From Azolla caroliniana (Eukaryota > Plantae > Polypodiophyta): a stretch of DNA of 64,000 nt. Position 1 is the stretch's first letter. Each line of letters opens with the position of its first letter. The stretch covers positions 19,282,001 through 19,346,000 of the forward strand of contig JBHGNT010000009.1 of NCBI GenBank assembly GCA_043228905.1, read 5' to 3'. Made by a program: the position numbers and the translations under genes. The notes under the pieces are model-generated. The model was not told the DNA's origin, did not search any database, and was given only the letters and a program-made list of their open reading frames with translations. This document shows, piece by piece, positions 52,182 to 64,000 of the stretch.

Positions 52182-52659
52182 TAACAATCGGCAACGGTTT
52201 GGTTTGAGAGGGTCCAAACCGAACCGTTTAAATTTTTTTGAAACCTGAACCGAACTGAACCACGAAACCATTAAACTGAACCGTTAAACATTTTTCAAAC
52301 CGTTAAACCATTAAACCGTAAAAACCGCGGTTTCGTGGTTCGGTTTCGGTTTTCAACATAGGTCAAATTTATAAATTTTAAAAATTTATAATATTTCATT
52401 ATTTAGAATTTTTAAAATTTTTAAGATATTCCTAAAATGTGAGAATAAGGTGTAAAAATGAAAAGATTGTTTAAAAACAAATTTTTTAATTTTTTAAAAT
52501 TTTTTAAAATTTTTTACAAAAATTAAAAAATTAAAAAATTAAAAACCGTTAAAACCGCGGTTTTTTATTATTGAAACCAAACCGAACCGTGAAACCGCGG
52601 TTTAACAGCTTAACGGTTTCAACGGTTCGGTTCAGGTTTAGTTTTGTTGCCGATTGTTA
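52182..52659. mobile_element. hAT-family MITE, copy 3, nested in the copia 2 RT
   Basis: TIR taacaatcggcaac / gttgccgattgtta; perfect 8-bp TSD ATCTCAAG (52174-52181, 52660-52667). Confidence 0.94.
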
Positions 52660-54214
52660 ATCTCAAGCAGCTCCTTGAGACCTATGGCATGTCAAATTGC
52701 AGGCCACTCTCCTATCCCATGGATCCAAACTCAAAGCTAGCTCGTGAAAATGATTCTCGCATATTTGAAGATATCACAAAATATAAAAGGTTAAGTGGGT
52801 CTCTTCTTCACTTAACTTACACCATGTCCAATTGTCCTATAGTGTTAGTATTCTCAGCCAATTCTCAAGCACTCCAAGACAAAGTCATTGGCAAGTAGTT
52901 ATCCAAGTTCTTAGGTATTTAACCAACACACTCGACTATGGTCTCTCTTTTAGGGACAGCATTGAGCTTGTTCGCTACTTGGACGTTGATTGGGCAGGTG
53001 ATATTGATTTTGGAAGGTTCCCATTTGGCTATTGTTTTATGTCAGGCTCAGGCTTAATTTCTTGGAAATCAAAGAAGCAAAATTCAATTTCTACCATTGA
53101 TGGAAGCTGAATATCAAGCCGATTTGGATACTTGTTGTGTGTTGCTTCCTTTAATGAAATTGCTTTGTCACATTGGTGTTTTGCAAGACTCTCCTATTCA
53201 AGTTTCCATTGAAAGCCAAAGTGCCCATGCATTGGCACATAGCTCAACATTTTATGGTAGAACAAAACATATTGAAGGGCACTACCATTTTGTTCTTGAA
53301 TTAGTGAAATCATGTTAATCAAAACTCCTCAACTTGACCTATTTTCCTACTCAAGAAAATGTGGCTGATTTGTTTACCAAGCTACTTCCAAGGCAAGCCA
53401 TTGATCAGCTCCTCAATCGACTCAATGTTGAACTGCGTTTTTGGAGCTGAGAGGAGGCGTTGGAGGGTGAAAACTCCAAACCTCCACTCTCTTTCATCTT
53501 TATTATCTCTCCTCTACATTCTCTCTCTTCCTAGATTCTTCTTTCTCTAGAATCTACAACTCTTTAAATGCCTTTTCTCTCTTCCACTTTTCGAAGATAT
53601 TCCTCATTTATTGTACCTGCTTTGTAGTACAAGAGTAACTTAACTACCAAACAACCATTTCGCCCACATTCCCCAAATTTGTATAAATAGGCTATACCAG
53701 CCTTTATTGTAAGAACTTTACTTTTGTTGCCATTTGCAAACAGGCTCTACTCTTTGGCTGTGTCTCTGCTCTTTTGTCCCGGATAGATAGATGAGCAGGA
53801 TAAAATGTCCATCTAAATTAGTCATCATGTCTACATGGGAAAAATGGCTTGTTTCAAGGGGAACATGACTGAGATTGTTGTCAACAATATTTTCATAACA
53901 ACTGATTCGTATAGGCTGTGAGCAAATGGAGACATTTTTGAAATAGAGAAATCTACAATTTTACCTCTTCACCTCTGAAATCCTCGGAAATGTACCCATT
54001 ACTATAGGTTCATTCATCTTGTCTGTCTTTAACAAAGTGAAAAATCTCGTGGTTATGGAATTTCAGAAAAACAATGACAATAAATAAAGAGTAAGACCAT
54101 GTGTTATGGACAAACTTTGCCTTTTTAATCGGTTTGAATAATCAAATTAGTTAGGGTTTTCTAGTGCAATGTATGAATTTTAAAAAACTGCGTGTTACAT
54201 AAAATGAATAATAG

Positions 54215-54363
54215 GTGCCAACCACCTGGTGCCAATTGAGTTGGCATTAAAGATTGTGAGCAAAATAAAAGCCAACGAACGATTTTCTGTGTATGTTGTG
54301 ATACCGATGTGGCCGGAAGGTATTCCGACAAGTTCTTCTGTACAGGAAATTCTTCACTTTCAG
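54215..54363 (+). CDS. PLDdelta: Phospholipase D delta-like, exon 7
   Basis: tag|(G)[35 protein letters not shown]...ILHFQ|gtaa. Confidence 0.94.
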
Positions 54364-54507
54364 GTAAAAACACCGGATATTTATTGCCAAGTTTTTATGT
54401 ACGTGTGTATGTGTGCATATTTTCAATCGAGTATCTTAATATATGATAATTGCTTTTATGTTCTGTCAAGTATATTAACACATGATTATGGCTTTTTATG
54501 GTTGAAG

Positions 54508-54696
54508 ACTCAAACCATGGAGATGATGTATCTCTTGATTGCAAAAGCTTTAGAAGAAATGGGTCTGGATAAGGTGTATCATCCTACTGATTACTTGAGT
54601 TTCTTTTGCTTGGGAAATCGTGAGGAGAAAGAAGAAGATAATCCTAATAACAATGAAGCACCACCTTCAACTCATGTTGATGAGAATACCATTCAG
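54508..54696 (+). CDS. PLDdelta: Phospholipase D delta-like, exon 8
   Basis: aag|TQTMEMMY...[15 protein letters not shown]...TIQ|gtaa. Confidence 0.9.
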
Positions 54697-55139
54697 GTAA
54701 ACATATTACTGGGGGTTCTGACATGGTTTATGTTATGTTAGTAAATTCCTTTTGGGTTAGTTTAGAAGCTATTCTTGTTGTATCAACCCTTGTTTGGCTC
54801 TGAAGGCCTAAAGTCGTATATTATTAGAGGCCTTGCTCCAGGTTCACATTACCCAATGATGTAAAAAAACAACTCAAATATGATGTGAAAGATTATGTTG
54901 GGTTTTCATATACCTTGGGTGAATATAATTTAGAATGTGGTTCAGAAGGGTTAGAAATTAGGCTTTTTTGAGGTCATTCTCTTGTATTACAAAGACAATG
55001 CAAAGGAAGAACAGTAATCATAATTAGTAATAGTTTTTTGATGCGAACAATCACATATGCTGTTTAGAATTAGCGTGAATGATGGCTTCATGATTAATTC
55101 CATCGACCTCGAGTTTAAGCTAAAATGTCAATGTTGCAG

Positions 55140-55337
55140 GCACAAGTTCAGAAGAGTAGGCGATTCATGATTTATGTGCATGCTAAGGGCATGATTGTTG
55201 ATGACGAATATGTGATTCTTGGTTCAGCCAATATAAATCAGCGCTCGATGGCAGGATCAAGAGATACTGAGATCGCCATGGGTGCTTATCAACCTTCTTG
55301 CACGTGGGCTCACAAAGGCTCTTCCCCACGGGGCCAA
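55140..55337 (+). CDS. PLDdelta: Phospholipase D delta-like, exon 9 (second HKD motif)
   Basis: cag|[52 protein letters not shown]...PRGQ|gtac. Confidence 0.95.
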
Positions 55338-55481
55338 GTACATTTCCTGTTTAACCCTAGCTTGTCGTGTGATTTTCATTTTGTTTGTATCGATTCAATC
55401 CCATTGATATCACGTGATACATACTCCAGTAACAACCTTTTTTTTACCTCTCTTTTCTTTTTTTATTTGGGTGCAAAAAAG

Positions 55482-55775
55482 GTATATGGCTACAGAAGGT
55501 CGCTGTGGGCCGAGCATTTGACTGTAGAAGAGGATTGCTTCAAGGAGCCGTGGAGCGTGGAATGTATGAGGAAAGTGCGAATCCTTGCAGAAGGCAATTG
55601 GAAGCAGTTTGCACAAGAGGAGGTGACAAAGTTGCAAGGGCATTTGTTACTATACCCGATCCAAGTGGATTTGTCGGGGAAAGTAGGGCCATTAAGTGGT
55701 CATGAAACATTTCCTGATGTAGGAGGAAGCGTATTGGGGTATCAGACCAACCTACCCGATAGTTTGACATGCTAA
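55482..55775 (+). CDS. PLDdelta: Phospholipase D delta-like, exon 10 (final)
   Basis: aag|[13 protein letters not shown]...GHLLLYP...FPDVGG...LPDSLTC*; spliced total about 837 aa. Confidence 0.93.
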   Translation, partial: VYGYRRSLWAEHLTVEEDCFKEPWSVECMRKVRILAEGNWKQFAQEEVTKLQGHLLLYPIQVDLSGKVGPLSGHETFPDVGGSVLGYQTNLPDSLTC

Positions 55776-58700
55776 CGAGAAATCCACGGTATATTCCTGT
55801 TTCTATAGTTTGTAAACAAACCAGGCAATGTAGAGCAACTAACTAGTATATATATATATCCTGATTATTCTTTAATTACTTTGCTTCTGTAAAATCCCTC
55901 GGGTTTGTAATAAAAAGTCCCCTCTCAACTGGCAATGTTTCTGGCTAATATAGAGAAAAAAACTGATTTGTGTGTTCATTCTTTTTCTTGGAATTTTTTA
56001 TTTGTTTATTACAAAGGGACTTGAGATCTATTTTACACTATTACTACTACCACCACCACCACTAGTAGTGACTTTCGGAACGTCATATTCCTTCCTATGC
56101 ATCGGTGCAACTTTTGTTGTTGTATGGAACTCAAATTGCTAATTGTTATTAAGAATTAAAAGATGTTAATCAAAGTAAATACCCACTTACCCCTTGCAAG
56201 TAAGGGGAGGATTAGTCACAACCCACACTATGATTTAGGTAGGTATATGCACATTGGATTGTGCACTATGTATGTGAATGCCCCCTGGTTAGTAAAGGAG
56301 GGTTTGTTCACAACCCACATTATGATGATGCCAATGTTGTCATGATTATACCTTGATTTTGTAAAATGCTAAATGGGTTAGATATCTTAAAGAGCTGGAG
56401 TCATGTCATGTCCATATAATGTCAATTATTTGTGATAATATTTCGAGTTCATGGGAATGCACATAGATTCTTAGGCACATCATATTGAGCCACATTTGTT
56501 AAACTCCAAGAGTTAACTACCTAGAAAATAGTTCACTTTCTTTTTAGAACAATCGATAGCAATGAAATATTAGGGGGTGATGAAAAGGCAAAAGAGTAGA
56601 GGAAGGAGGGAGTGTATGTAGTGTTTGAGCCTTCCGAGTATCATAGCATTTTGTAGTTTGTTAACATGGTGTGGGGTTATCATGGAAGAAGCTTTTTGTC
56701 AGTGTTGCAAATAAAAACAAGGTCATGGTAAAACCTTCAACCTTTCAATTTTGGGTGGTCCAAAAAGTTTGTGGTAAAACATTGAATCTCTCAGTTGGAT
56801 GTAACTGCAATTTTGGTTTCGTAATAAATGTTGTATGCACGGGGGTGTAAATATGGCATTTATGAGATGCAACTAATACACGTGTAAGATCTTGTTATAT
56901 TTTCTACAGTGCAACATACAATGTATTATTATGAGAAGAGTTTATAAATTTTTTATCCACTACTTGTAGTATGTGATTCTGTCTTGTCACACCATTGGTT
57001 GTAAACACCATTTTGCATTGAATCTGATTGCACTTGGTCATTTGTAGAATTTGCTACCATTGTAGAACATCAGAAAGTGCATGATTTCAATTGGTTGCAA
57101 ATAAATGGTGCTTAACTTGTTACATGCATAGTGAAAACACATAATTGCATGTAATGTTCATCCTTCTAGGAATTCTTTATGACTTGAAGCATTGGTGAGT
57201 GCCAATAGTAAGATTTCATCATAGCTCAATAAACCGAGCTTCTTTAGGGTTAAAAAATGTGAGCCTAAAAGCTTTAGGTGATCTAATAGTTTCATTGCCT
57301 TCTTTTTTAAAAGATTTTCTTCAATAGTGGTTTCATTGCCTTTTTGTATTGGGAGTAGTGCATAATATTGGAGGACAAATTTGGAAGGTGTTGTGGTCTT
57401 TATGAACATAGTCTTTTAACCACAAATTTTGAGTCCCCTAAATCAAGAAAAACTTTCCCATGATTAGTTAAGCTCTAATAATGGTCATTTGGCAAACACA
57501 AGTTCTTGAATCATATGATGAATTACATTCTCAAGTGATCATCATTCATAATTTCAGAACTTCAATTGTCCCACCTACACAATCCAATATTAGGTTCCCT
57601 CCATACACTAATAGGAACAGTAACTTCTTCATGGCGTATTTTAAATTTCTTGGTAGTTTGTATTTCCATTAATTCTTCGTAGGACTTTATGAGTTTGAAC
57701 AAGTTAATCTCTTCACAAATCCTATTCATTTTGATTTTCTTCATCGCAATATCTAGAAAACCAAATCAATGTAAGCAGAAAAAAATACATAGATAATGCG
57801 AAATGCCTTTGAGAATCATGAAGATTTGTTTTCCATAAAAGAGAATTAGAATTCAAACTACAATCTAACATCATTCTAAAATTGTTACACAAATGTGTGT
57901 GTTTGACATGTAGTCTTGCAAATATATATATATATATATATTATATATCAATGTCATGAAGTATTGTTGATCCATTTATGAGAATGATTAAAGTGGATCC
58001 AAAAAGTTGCTTGGATGTTTGCAAGTCAAGCATGTTCTATGATCATGAATTATTTTTTAAACATATTTCAACCTTTAAATCTTAAAAATGGGCCAATGTA
58101 AACACTTTACATTGTTTAATCATTAATGGTATAGTGTTTACTCTTGTTGGGCATGGCAGAAACAAATCCTTGATTTGTGATCCTTGAAAGAAATTTATTA
58201 TCATAGGCCATGCAAGCATTTTAGTTGGATTTAGATATCGAAAATGACTTTGCTCAATGATGGACATCACCAAAAGCCAAAAAAGAAGGAAACGTGTGGT
58301 CTCAAGCAAATTGAGAACATTGTCATGTGATGTCTATCTTGTTGAAGTAACCCTTGTGATAGGGGCAACATCCATGGTAGGCGGAATTCAATGCACAGAT
58401 CTATTGCGATCTTGTAATTGGCTTTCAAAACTATGCTTGCAATTCATATCCACTATATCATTTTACAATCGTGAGTTTAAGAAATTTAGCAACGTTTTGC
58501 TTTGTGGATATGGAAGTAACAAAATTCTAGATCAAATTGATGGGGATATCTAGAATCTCATCCGTAATGTGGAAAGGCAATCCATTCATGATTTGGTTTA
58601 GTTACATAATGTCTTTTTTGTTTTTAAGTGTATCAAGATTTTAATAACATTAGAGAAACAAAGTTGATGTGTACTCGTCATCAATGAAGTCACTACTCTT

Positions 58701-60221
58701 TCCAATCAACGGAGTGAACTCAGAATAGTAAGTCATGGGTTATTCGATAGGATTATGTAATCGAAATTCTGGCTCAAAAGTTTTTGGAAAGAAATGAAAT
58801 CTCATTGATTTGATCATGAAAATGGGTCACATTGTTGATCCATAATCTAAACAAGGATGTCAATGCTAGTCATTTGCAAATAAAGTTTTTGTCGCAAAGT
58901 TGAGCTTGAATATAGGTTAGCCATTAGCAAATAGCCTCATGAATTGCTAGATCGTCCATACGGTTAGAGAAATAAACATTTGTGGATCTTGTTCAATCCC
59001 ATAAGAGAAATCAAATTTGAGAGGGGACAATCTTATGTAAGATATTTGACATCCTAGATCTTGTGCCAAGTGATTTGAGAAAATAACCAAAAGAAGTAAA
59101 CAAAATGTCGAGTAACTTGTTTAACCAAAACTAATAATGGTTACCAAATTGCGTTCCACATAATTTGGGGAAATAAATCATGAGAGGATCCCGCTCCATC
59201 CAAATTAATCAAAGATGTTGTGCAATGGGTTCTATTTAGCCCGAGATAAATACATTGGAGATTCAACTCCATTGATTTAAAAACAAAATATAAATACATT
59301 GGAGATTCAACTCCATTGAGTTGAAAACAAAATATATTAAACTCCATTGCAATTTGTGGACATCAATGTAAGACCCTAAGACATTGTTATTGTTTTCGGT
59401 CCTTGGGTTGTAGAAAGCAAGTTTGTAAAGTGAATCGATAGGGGGTTGTGACCTCCAACAAAACACGAGTGATTTTTTCTTATATTATATTAAACAGAGC
59501 ATTGAGACTTAAAAGCAACGACCTAACAAGCTGCGAACCATACACTTGAGCACACTATGTATACATACATATATTGATATGTATTAAACTTAAAGAACTG
59601 TAATGAGAATCTCTCATATCCACTAGCAAATAATTTATTAGATCTGATCAGTTGCGATGTTCCATGATCTATAAAGGGAATGCAAGTTCGAGGTTGTGCT
59701 TTCTGCACACAATGTCATTCGCCTTTCATGCCTAGATGCACATGTTTTTCTGATAACGTGAAGTCATATGCACGACAGTTATTGCAAAGCTCGTATGCGG
59801 AATGGAAGGTAAACAAGAATCGGGATATAACGCACATTTTGTCGATGGGTGGTGGGTGGCACACAAGCACACCCCACGTGAAAAAACGTCGCCATTCTTC
59901 GTGGATAATGTTCGATGGCAACAGAGAGAGAGGAGAGGGCCTGCAAAGTGGGCCGGAGAAAAGAACTAGCATGCGAAGGAAGGTTTGCTCTCCCGGGCAA
60001 ACGACAATGATTTCAGGATACATACATATACACCGTTCGTTTTTTTTTGTTTTGTCACACGATTCTGTAAAAGGCGACTGACCCGATAACACGCACGCGC
60101 AATCACGCTATAGCCAAAAGGCTCCTGCTCCCGACCAGGAGGACAGGCGGCCTGAAAACGAATACATATATACATATGTTCATCGCCCAGGTCATCACCC
60201 ATCACCATCACCATCGCCATC

Positions 60222-60260
60222 ACCGTACCGTACCGTACCGTATCGTACCGCACCGTACCG
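60222..60260. promoter_or_regulatory. (CCGTA)n repeat giving five GTAC cores (SBP/SPL-type motif)
   Basis: accgtaccgtaccgtaccgtatcgtaccgcaccgtaccg about 420 bp upstream of the PDI ATG; function inferred only. Confidence 0.4.
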
Positions 60261-60356
60261 TCGCACCCGCAGCAGCTTGGCATGCAAAACCCAAAAGCCC
60301 ATCAAAAATGTTCTGGGCTGGGGGGGGGGGGGGGGGGGGCTATCTAAACATCCCCG

Positions 60357-60445
60357 GGTGATGACGTCATCTCCAGCAGGTGATGACGTCATCTCCAGCA
60401 GGTGATGACGTCATCTCCAGCAGGTGTTGACGTCATCGCTCCAAT
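60357..60445. promoter_or_regulatory. Tandem 22-bp repeat (3 perfect + 1 partial), each with a TGACGTCA bZIP site, followed by CCAAT
   Basis: (ggtgatgacgtcatctccagca)x3 + ggtgttgacgtcatc, then ccaat at 60441; about 220-300 bp upstream of the PDI ATG. Confidence 0.6.
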
Positions 60446-60524
60446 CACCCATCACTATCACCATCACCCATCACCCATCACCATCAAAACTGTGTAAAAG
60501 CAGGGGAAGGAGCTGCTCTGCTGC

Positions 60525-60633
60525 AGAAGCAGAAGAAGAACTGAAGAAGAAGAAGAAGAAGAAGAAGAAGAAGAACTGAAGAAGAACTGAAGAACTGAAA
60601 GAACTGAAGAAGAAGAAACAGAAGAAGAAAGAA
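60525..60633 (+). repeat. (GAA)n/GAACT microsatellite in the probable PDI 5' UTR
   Basis: Directly visible. Confidence 0.85.
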
Positions 60634-60662
60634 GGGTGAAGCCTCACATCATCGGACCAGCT

Positions 60663-61291
60663 ATGGCCCCCACCCTCCTTTTCAGATCGTGTAGGCCCTC
60701 TCTATCTCTCTGCATTTTCCTCCTCCTCCTCCTCCTCGCACCTCCTCCTGCTAGATCTTATCCGCCGCAACAGTTTCCGGACTTAGATCCATCGGAAATT
60801 GAAGCGCTCGGGTTAACTGAAGAGGAAACCTCGGAAAGCTTCCATAACCACAGCAACGAACTGAACGAGGACGAAAACGATGATGAATTTCTTGGGGGGG
60901 AGGAACCAGATCAGATCGGATCTGATTTCAACGAAGAAGAAGACAATGACTTCTCTTCTTCTTCTTCTTCTTCTTCGTCTTCTTCTTTCGATTTCTCTAT
61001 TGAAGACGATCAGGATGTGGTCGTTCTCTCATCAAGCAACTTTTCAGACTTCATAGCTTCGAACAAGTTCGTGATGGTGGAGTTCTATGCTCCTTGGTGT
61101 GGGCACTGTCAGTCGCTTGCGCCAGAGTATGCAGTAGCTGCCACACAGCTTAAACCTGAGGGAGTCTTTCTTGCTAAAGTGGATGCTACTAAAGAGGGAG
61201 ATCTCGCTCAGCAACATGAAGTCCAAGGTTATCCAACCATGATCTTCTTCGCCCATGGCAAGAGTAAACCTTACTCTCATCATCGTACTAG
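60663..61291 (+). CDS. PDIL1-4: Protein disulfide isomerase (PDIL1-3/1-4 type), exon 1: signal peptide, acidic region, first thioredoxin domain
   Basis: Hydrophobic leader, D/E-rich tract, [20 protein letters not shown] active site; donor AG|gtatc, phase 2. Confidence 0.93.
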
Positions 61292-62585
61292 GTATCAGAC
61301 TTTTCTTCCCTTTTTCCTTCTCTCCGTCTCTCTTGATTTCTTTCCCTCACTGCTTCTTTTTGGAATATGGTACATTTTGTGTCGCTACATTCTAGTAAGT
61401 TTGGTATGTTTGGCTATTATGATGCACACTCAGTCATTCAGCCATTTTCACTGCATGGATCAGATTATGGGCTGTGTGGACAGTATGGATATCTTACAGC
61501 CAAGTGCACCATGGTCAGCTAATATCTGGCACAAATTGGGCTTTCTGGTTTTCACTAAGGCTGTTTTTACATTCTTGCTATGTCAGAAGATATAGCAGAG
61601 GAAACGCATGCTCTCTTGTTTGAATGTTTCGAGTCTGAAGACAAATAAAAGAACAACTGGTCATATGGTGGGTTTTCACCTTATCTAGACATGTAATAAC
61701 ATAATAATGTACATAGAGATCATAAATGTCTCCCATTGCTCAAGACCAAGACCACAGTCGAAACATTTGCTCATAATTTGTGTGAAATTGCCAGGGCTCA
61801 CAAAATTTAGTAATAAGCATTGTAATCGAGACCAAGAAAAAACAGCAAGACTCTTGATGTGGTGTGTGGAGCTGATAAATAACGCCGCGATGGTCAAGAA
61901 TTTTGCTAGTAATGTTGTAACTGGGAGTCCAAATTATGGTTGGGAGAGAAAATCATATCACGATTATTAGCAGTGTGTGTAGATGAAGAGAGATCTTCAT
62001 GGAACTGTATCTAATTCCATAAGTTAACTGAAGACAGACGACAGAAATTTGTTATCCAATCTGTTTAGAATATTCTCTTAACTTTTAGGCTTGCTAAATC
62101 AATTTTCATGCAAAGGGACACATCCATAGCTATCACTAGTTGGATCTCTGTTTCATTATAAAGATCACGTCTCTGTAAATTTTCCTAATCAATATATGAT
62201 ACCTTAGCCATTATCTTTGTTAGAGTCTTCACGACACATCCCTGGACCTTGTATTGGTTCACTAATGGTAGATTATGTAATTTTGAAAGATTTGACTATA
62301 GATGGTTTAAGAATACATAGGTGTATGTAATCGAGGCAATGCTAGCTGTGGGATCTTAAGCAGCCACATTTTTATCATTATATATGGAGAAATTGAGATG
62401 TGGTATGTAGATATGTATCAAACTAGATAGCGAGCCATACTTTCCTACAAAGAAATGACCTGATTAGCATGTAACTATTTAGCACAATTAATGATGTTGG
62501 AGCAAGATTTTGATACATTGTTAGATGCTTATATACTCTTTCTGATGTTTTTATGGTGTATTCATCATGTTTGCTTGTTTTTCAG

Positions 62586-62715
62586 TGATGCAATTATTGC
62601 CTGGGTAAAGAAGAACATTGGCCCTGCTGTCACAGATATTACTACTACAGATGAAGCAAAGGCAATCTTGGAAACTGGCAACACGATTGTTGTTGCTGTG
62701 TTTGATAAGCTAGAG
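62586..62715 (+). CDS. PDIL1-4: PDI exon 2
   Basis: cag|(S)DAIIAWVKKNIGPAV...DKLE|gtat; frame consistent. Confidence 0.9.
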
Positions 62716-62785
62716 GTATCTATATTTACTACACAGTACACAAGGAATTAATTTTTGGCTTCTGAAATTAACAAAAATCTCTCAG

Positions 62786-62951
62786 GGTACCGAAGTTGAA
62801 GAGTACACATCTATTGCCCAACAAGACGATGATTTGACGTTTTATCAGACAGCAAGTAGGGAAGTTGCTGAAATCTTCCATTTGAAGCAAGAAATCAAGA
62901 CGCCAGCTTTGGTGTTGATTAAGAGTGCAGCAGAAAAGATCGTGCCTTATT
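62786..62951 (+). CDS. PDIL1-4: PDI exon 3
   Basis: cag|GTEVEEY...DDLTFYQT...PALVLIK...EKIVPY|gtaa. Confidence 0.88.
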
Positions 62952-63033
62952 GTAATCCTTTGAATTTTTCTTTCTTGTTTGAACAAGTTTGTTTATTGAA
63001 GACATAGTTATAATGAAAACATACATTTTACAG

Positions 63034-63152
63034 ATGGGAAATTCGATGCAACATCTATTTCAGAATTCATTCTTGCAAACAAGCTTCCTCTTGTTTCCAC
63101 CTTCAACAGAGATACTGCATCACCAATTTTCGAGAGCCCTATTAAGGATAAG
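63034..63152 (+). CDS. PDIL1-4: PDI exon 4
   Basis: cag|..GKFDATSISEFILANKLPLVSTFNRDTASPIFESPIKDK|gtag. Confidence 0.9.
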
Positions 63153-63478
63153 GTAGGCTCATCCTATAGAGCTCCATTATAAGAGAGTTAAGTATGTGAG
63201 TATGACTATGTACGCCTGTATAGCTATATGTTTGCACACAGACATGTCTCCCTTTATACACAAATTATAAGTGCTCTCTCTCTCTCTATGTGTGTGCTAG
63301 GATTAAAGTGGATGATAAGGTACCTATTTTACAAAGACCTCTACAAATATTCTACGCATGTGCATTGCTAGTCTTAGAGGAGATGCCTCAATCCCAAGAG
63401 CTTAACTGTCAGATAACCCAAAGATGCTGAAACCCACAATTTTGTTGAAAGTGTTTGATGCCATTATTTGTTTTGCAG

Positions 63479-63559
63479 TTACTTCTTTTTGCATCGCCTG
63501 AAGATGCATTGAAATTATTGCCAGGCTTTGAAGAAGCAGCAGCTTACTTTAAAGGAAAG
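63479..63559 (+). CDS. PDIL1-4: PDI exon 5
   Basis: cag|LLLFASPEDALKLLPGFEEAAAYFKGK|gtaa. Confidence 0.9.
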
Positions 63560-63931
63560 GTAATTGTTGTCAGATCCTTTCAGGATCTAAGTTCATTGTG
63601 GTACAATTGATTCGTGAAGCAATATCGTGTTGAGTGAATGATGGAAAGATAGAAACAAATTTGTCACCATAGATGATCCAAAGCTGTTGGATCAAAATGA
63701 ATGTTTTCATATTGTGGATGAGCTTGAATTTTGTTTGGAAAAACTTGGAGGTCTGGTTTCTTGGAGGCAAACTATCTTTTCTTGGTCAATATGCCTGGGG
63801 GTGAAGAGCAATAGAATTGAACCTTCCACGATTATTTTTCCTGTAGCTTATATATCTATGTCTGGTATTATGTGAAAATAAAATGATATTGCCCTCCACT
63901 AAATGTTAAATCTCCTGCATTTTCCTCCCAG

Positions 63932-64000
63932 ATAATTTTTTGCTATGTAGACTCTGCTGATGAAGAGATAGGAAAGCCAGTTGCAGATTTTTTTGGCGTC
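63932..64000 (+). CDS. PDIL1-4: PDI exon 6 (runs off the window end)
   Basis: cag|IIFCYVDSADEEIGKPVADFFGV. Confidence 0.88.
   Translation, partial: MIFCYVDSADEEIGKPVADFFGV

Larger units (their letters stand above)
45908..53776 (+). mobile_element. Degenerate Ty1/copia element 2 in PLD intron 6, with nested insertions
   Basis: 5' LTR 45908-46594 followed by PBS tggtatcaga (46597). Motifs: gag LDGNSYLDW, PR WLVDNGATAH, IN LVHMDLCGP, RT LYVDDL, RNase H DVDWAG/KHIE. PPT gagaggagg; 3' LTR from 53458, truncated near 53776. Confidence 0.9.

Noticed and set aside
57100-59150. Possible decayed DNA-transposase remnant
   Set aside because: Coding-like texture, but no motif I can identify with confidence.
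61292-61595. C-terminal hydrophobic extension of the PDI ORF
   Set aside because: Read-through into intron 1; the conserved PDI sequence resumes at exon 2 (62586).

Overview
Eukaryotic land-plant genomic DNA. GT-AG introns, plant gene families, TE-filled introns and abundant microsatellites are seen directly; a fern-like or other non-seed plant is an inference. Three + strand protein-coding genes are supported: an At1g01500-like uncharacterised protein (2 coding exons, 14919-17343), a C2-domain phospholipase D of the delta type (10 coding exons over about 20 kb, 35818-55775, about 837 aa) and a PDIL1-3/1-4-type protein disulfide isomerase (60663 to beyond the window end). The rest is mostly transposable elements. 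These are a structurally complete but defective Ty1/copia element with TSD and a nested solo LTR (2637-8386), a second copia inside PLD intron 6 carrying nested LINE fragments and a hAT MITE, an older copia remnant, several RTEX/L2-like LINE pieces, three copies of one hAT MITE family, and a Tc1/mariner-type TIR element holding a palindromic 48-bp minisatellite. The most unusual structures are (i) a tandem array of tRNA-like (SINE-head) units, with a second tRNA-like head facing them and an inverted sister locus 3.5 kb away; (ii) head-to-tail stacking of LINE 3' ends at (CTTT)n sites; (iii) tandemly amplified TGACGTCA and CCGTAC motifs upstream of the PDI; and (iv) two 144-bp stop-free in-frame introns in PLD. 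No CRISPR array, rRNA or intact tRNA gene was found. All family assignments come from motif recognition by eye, not from database searches.
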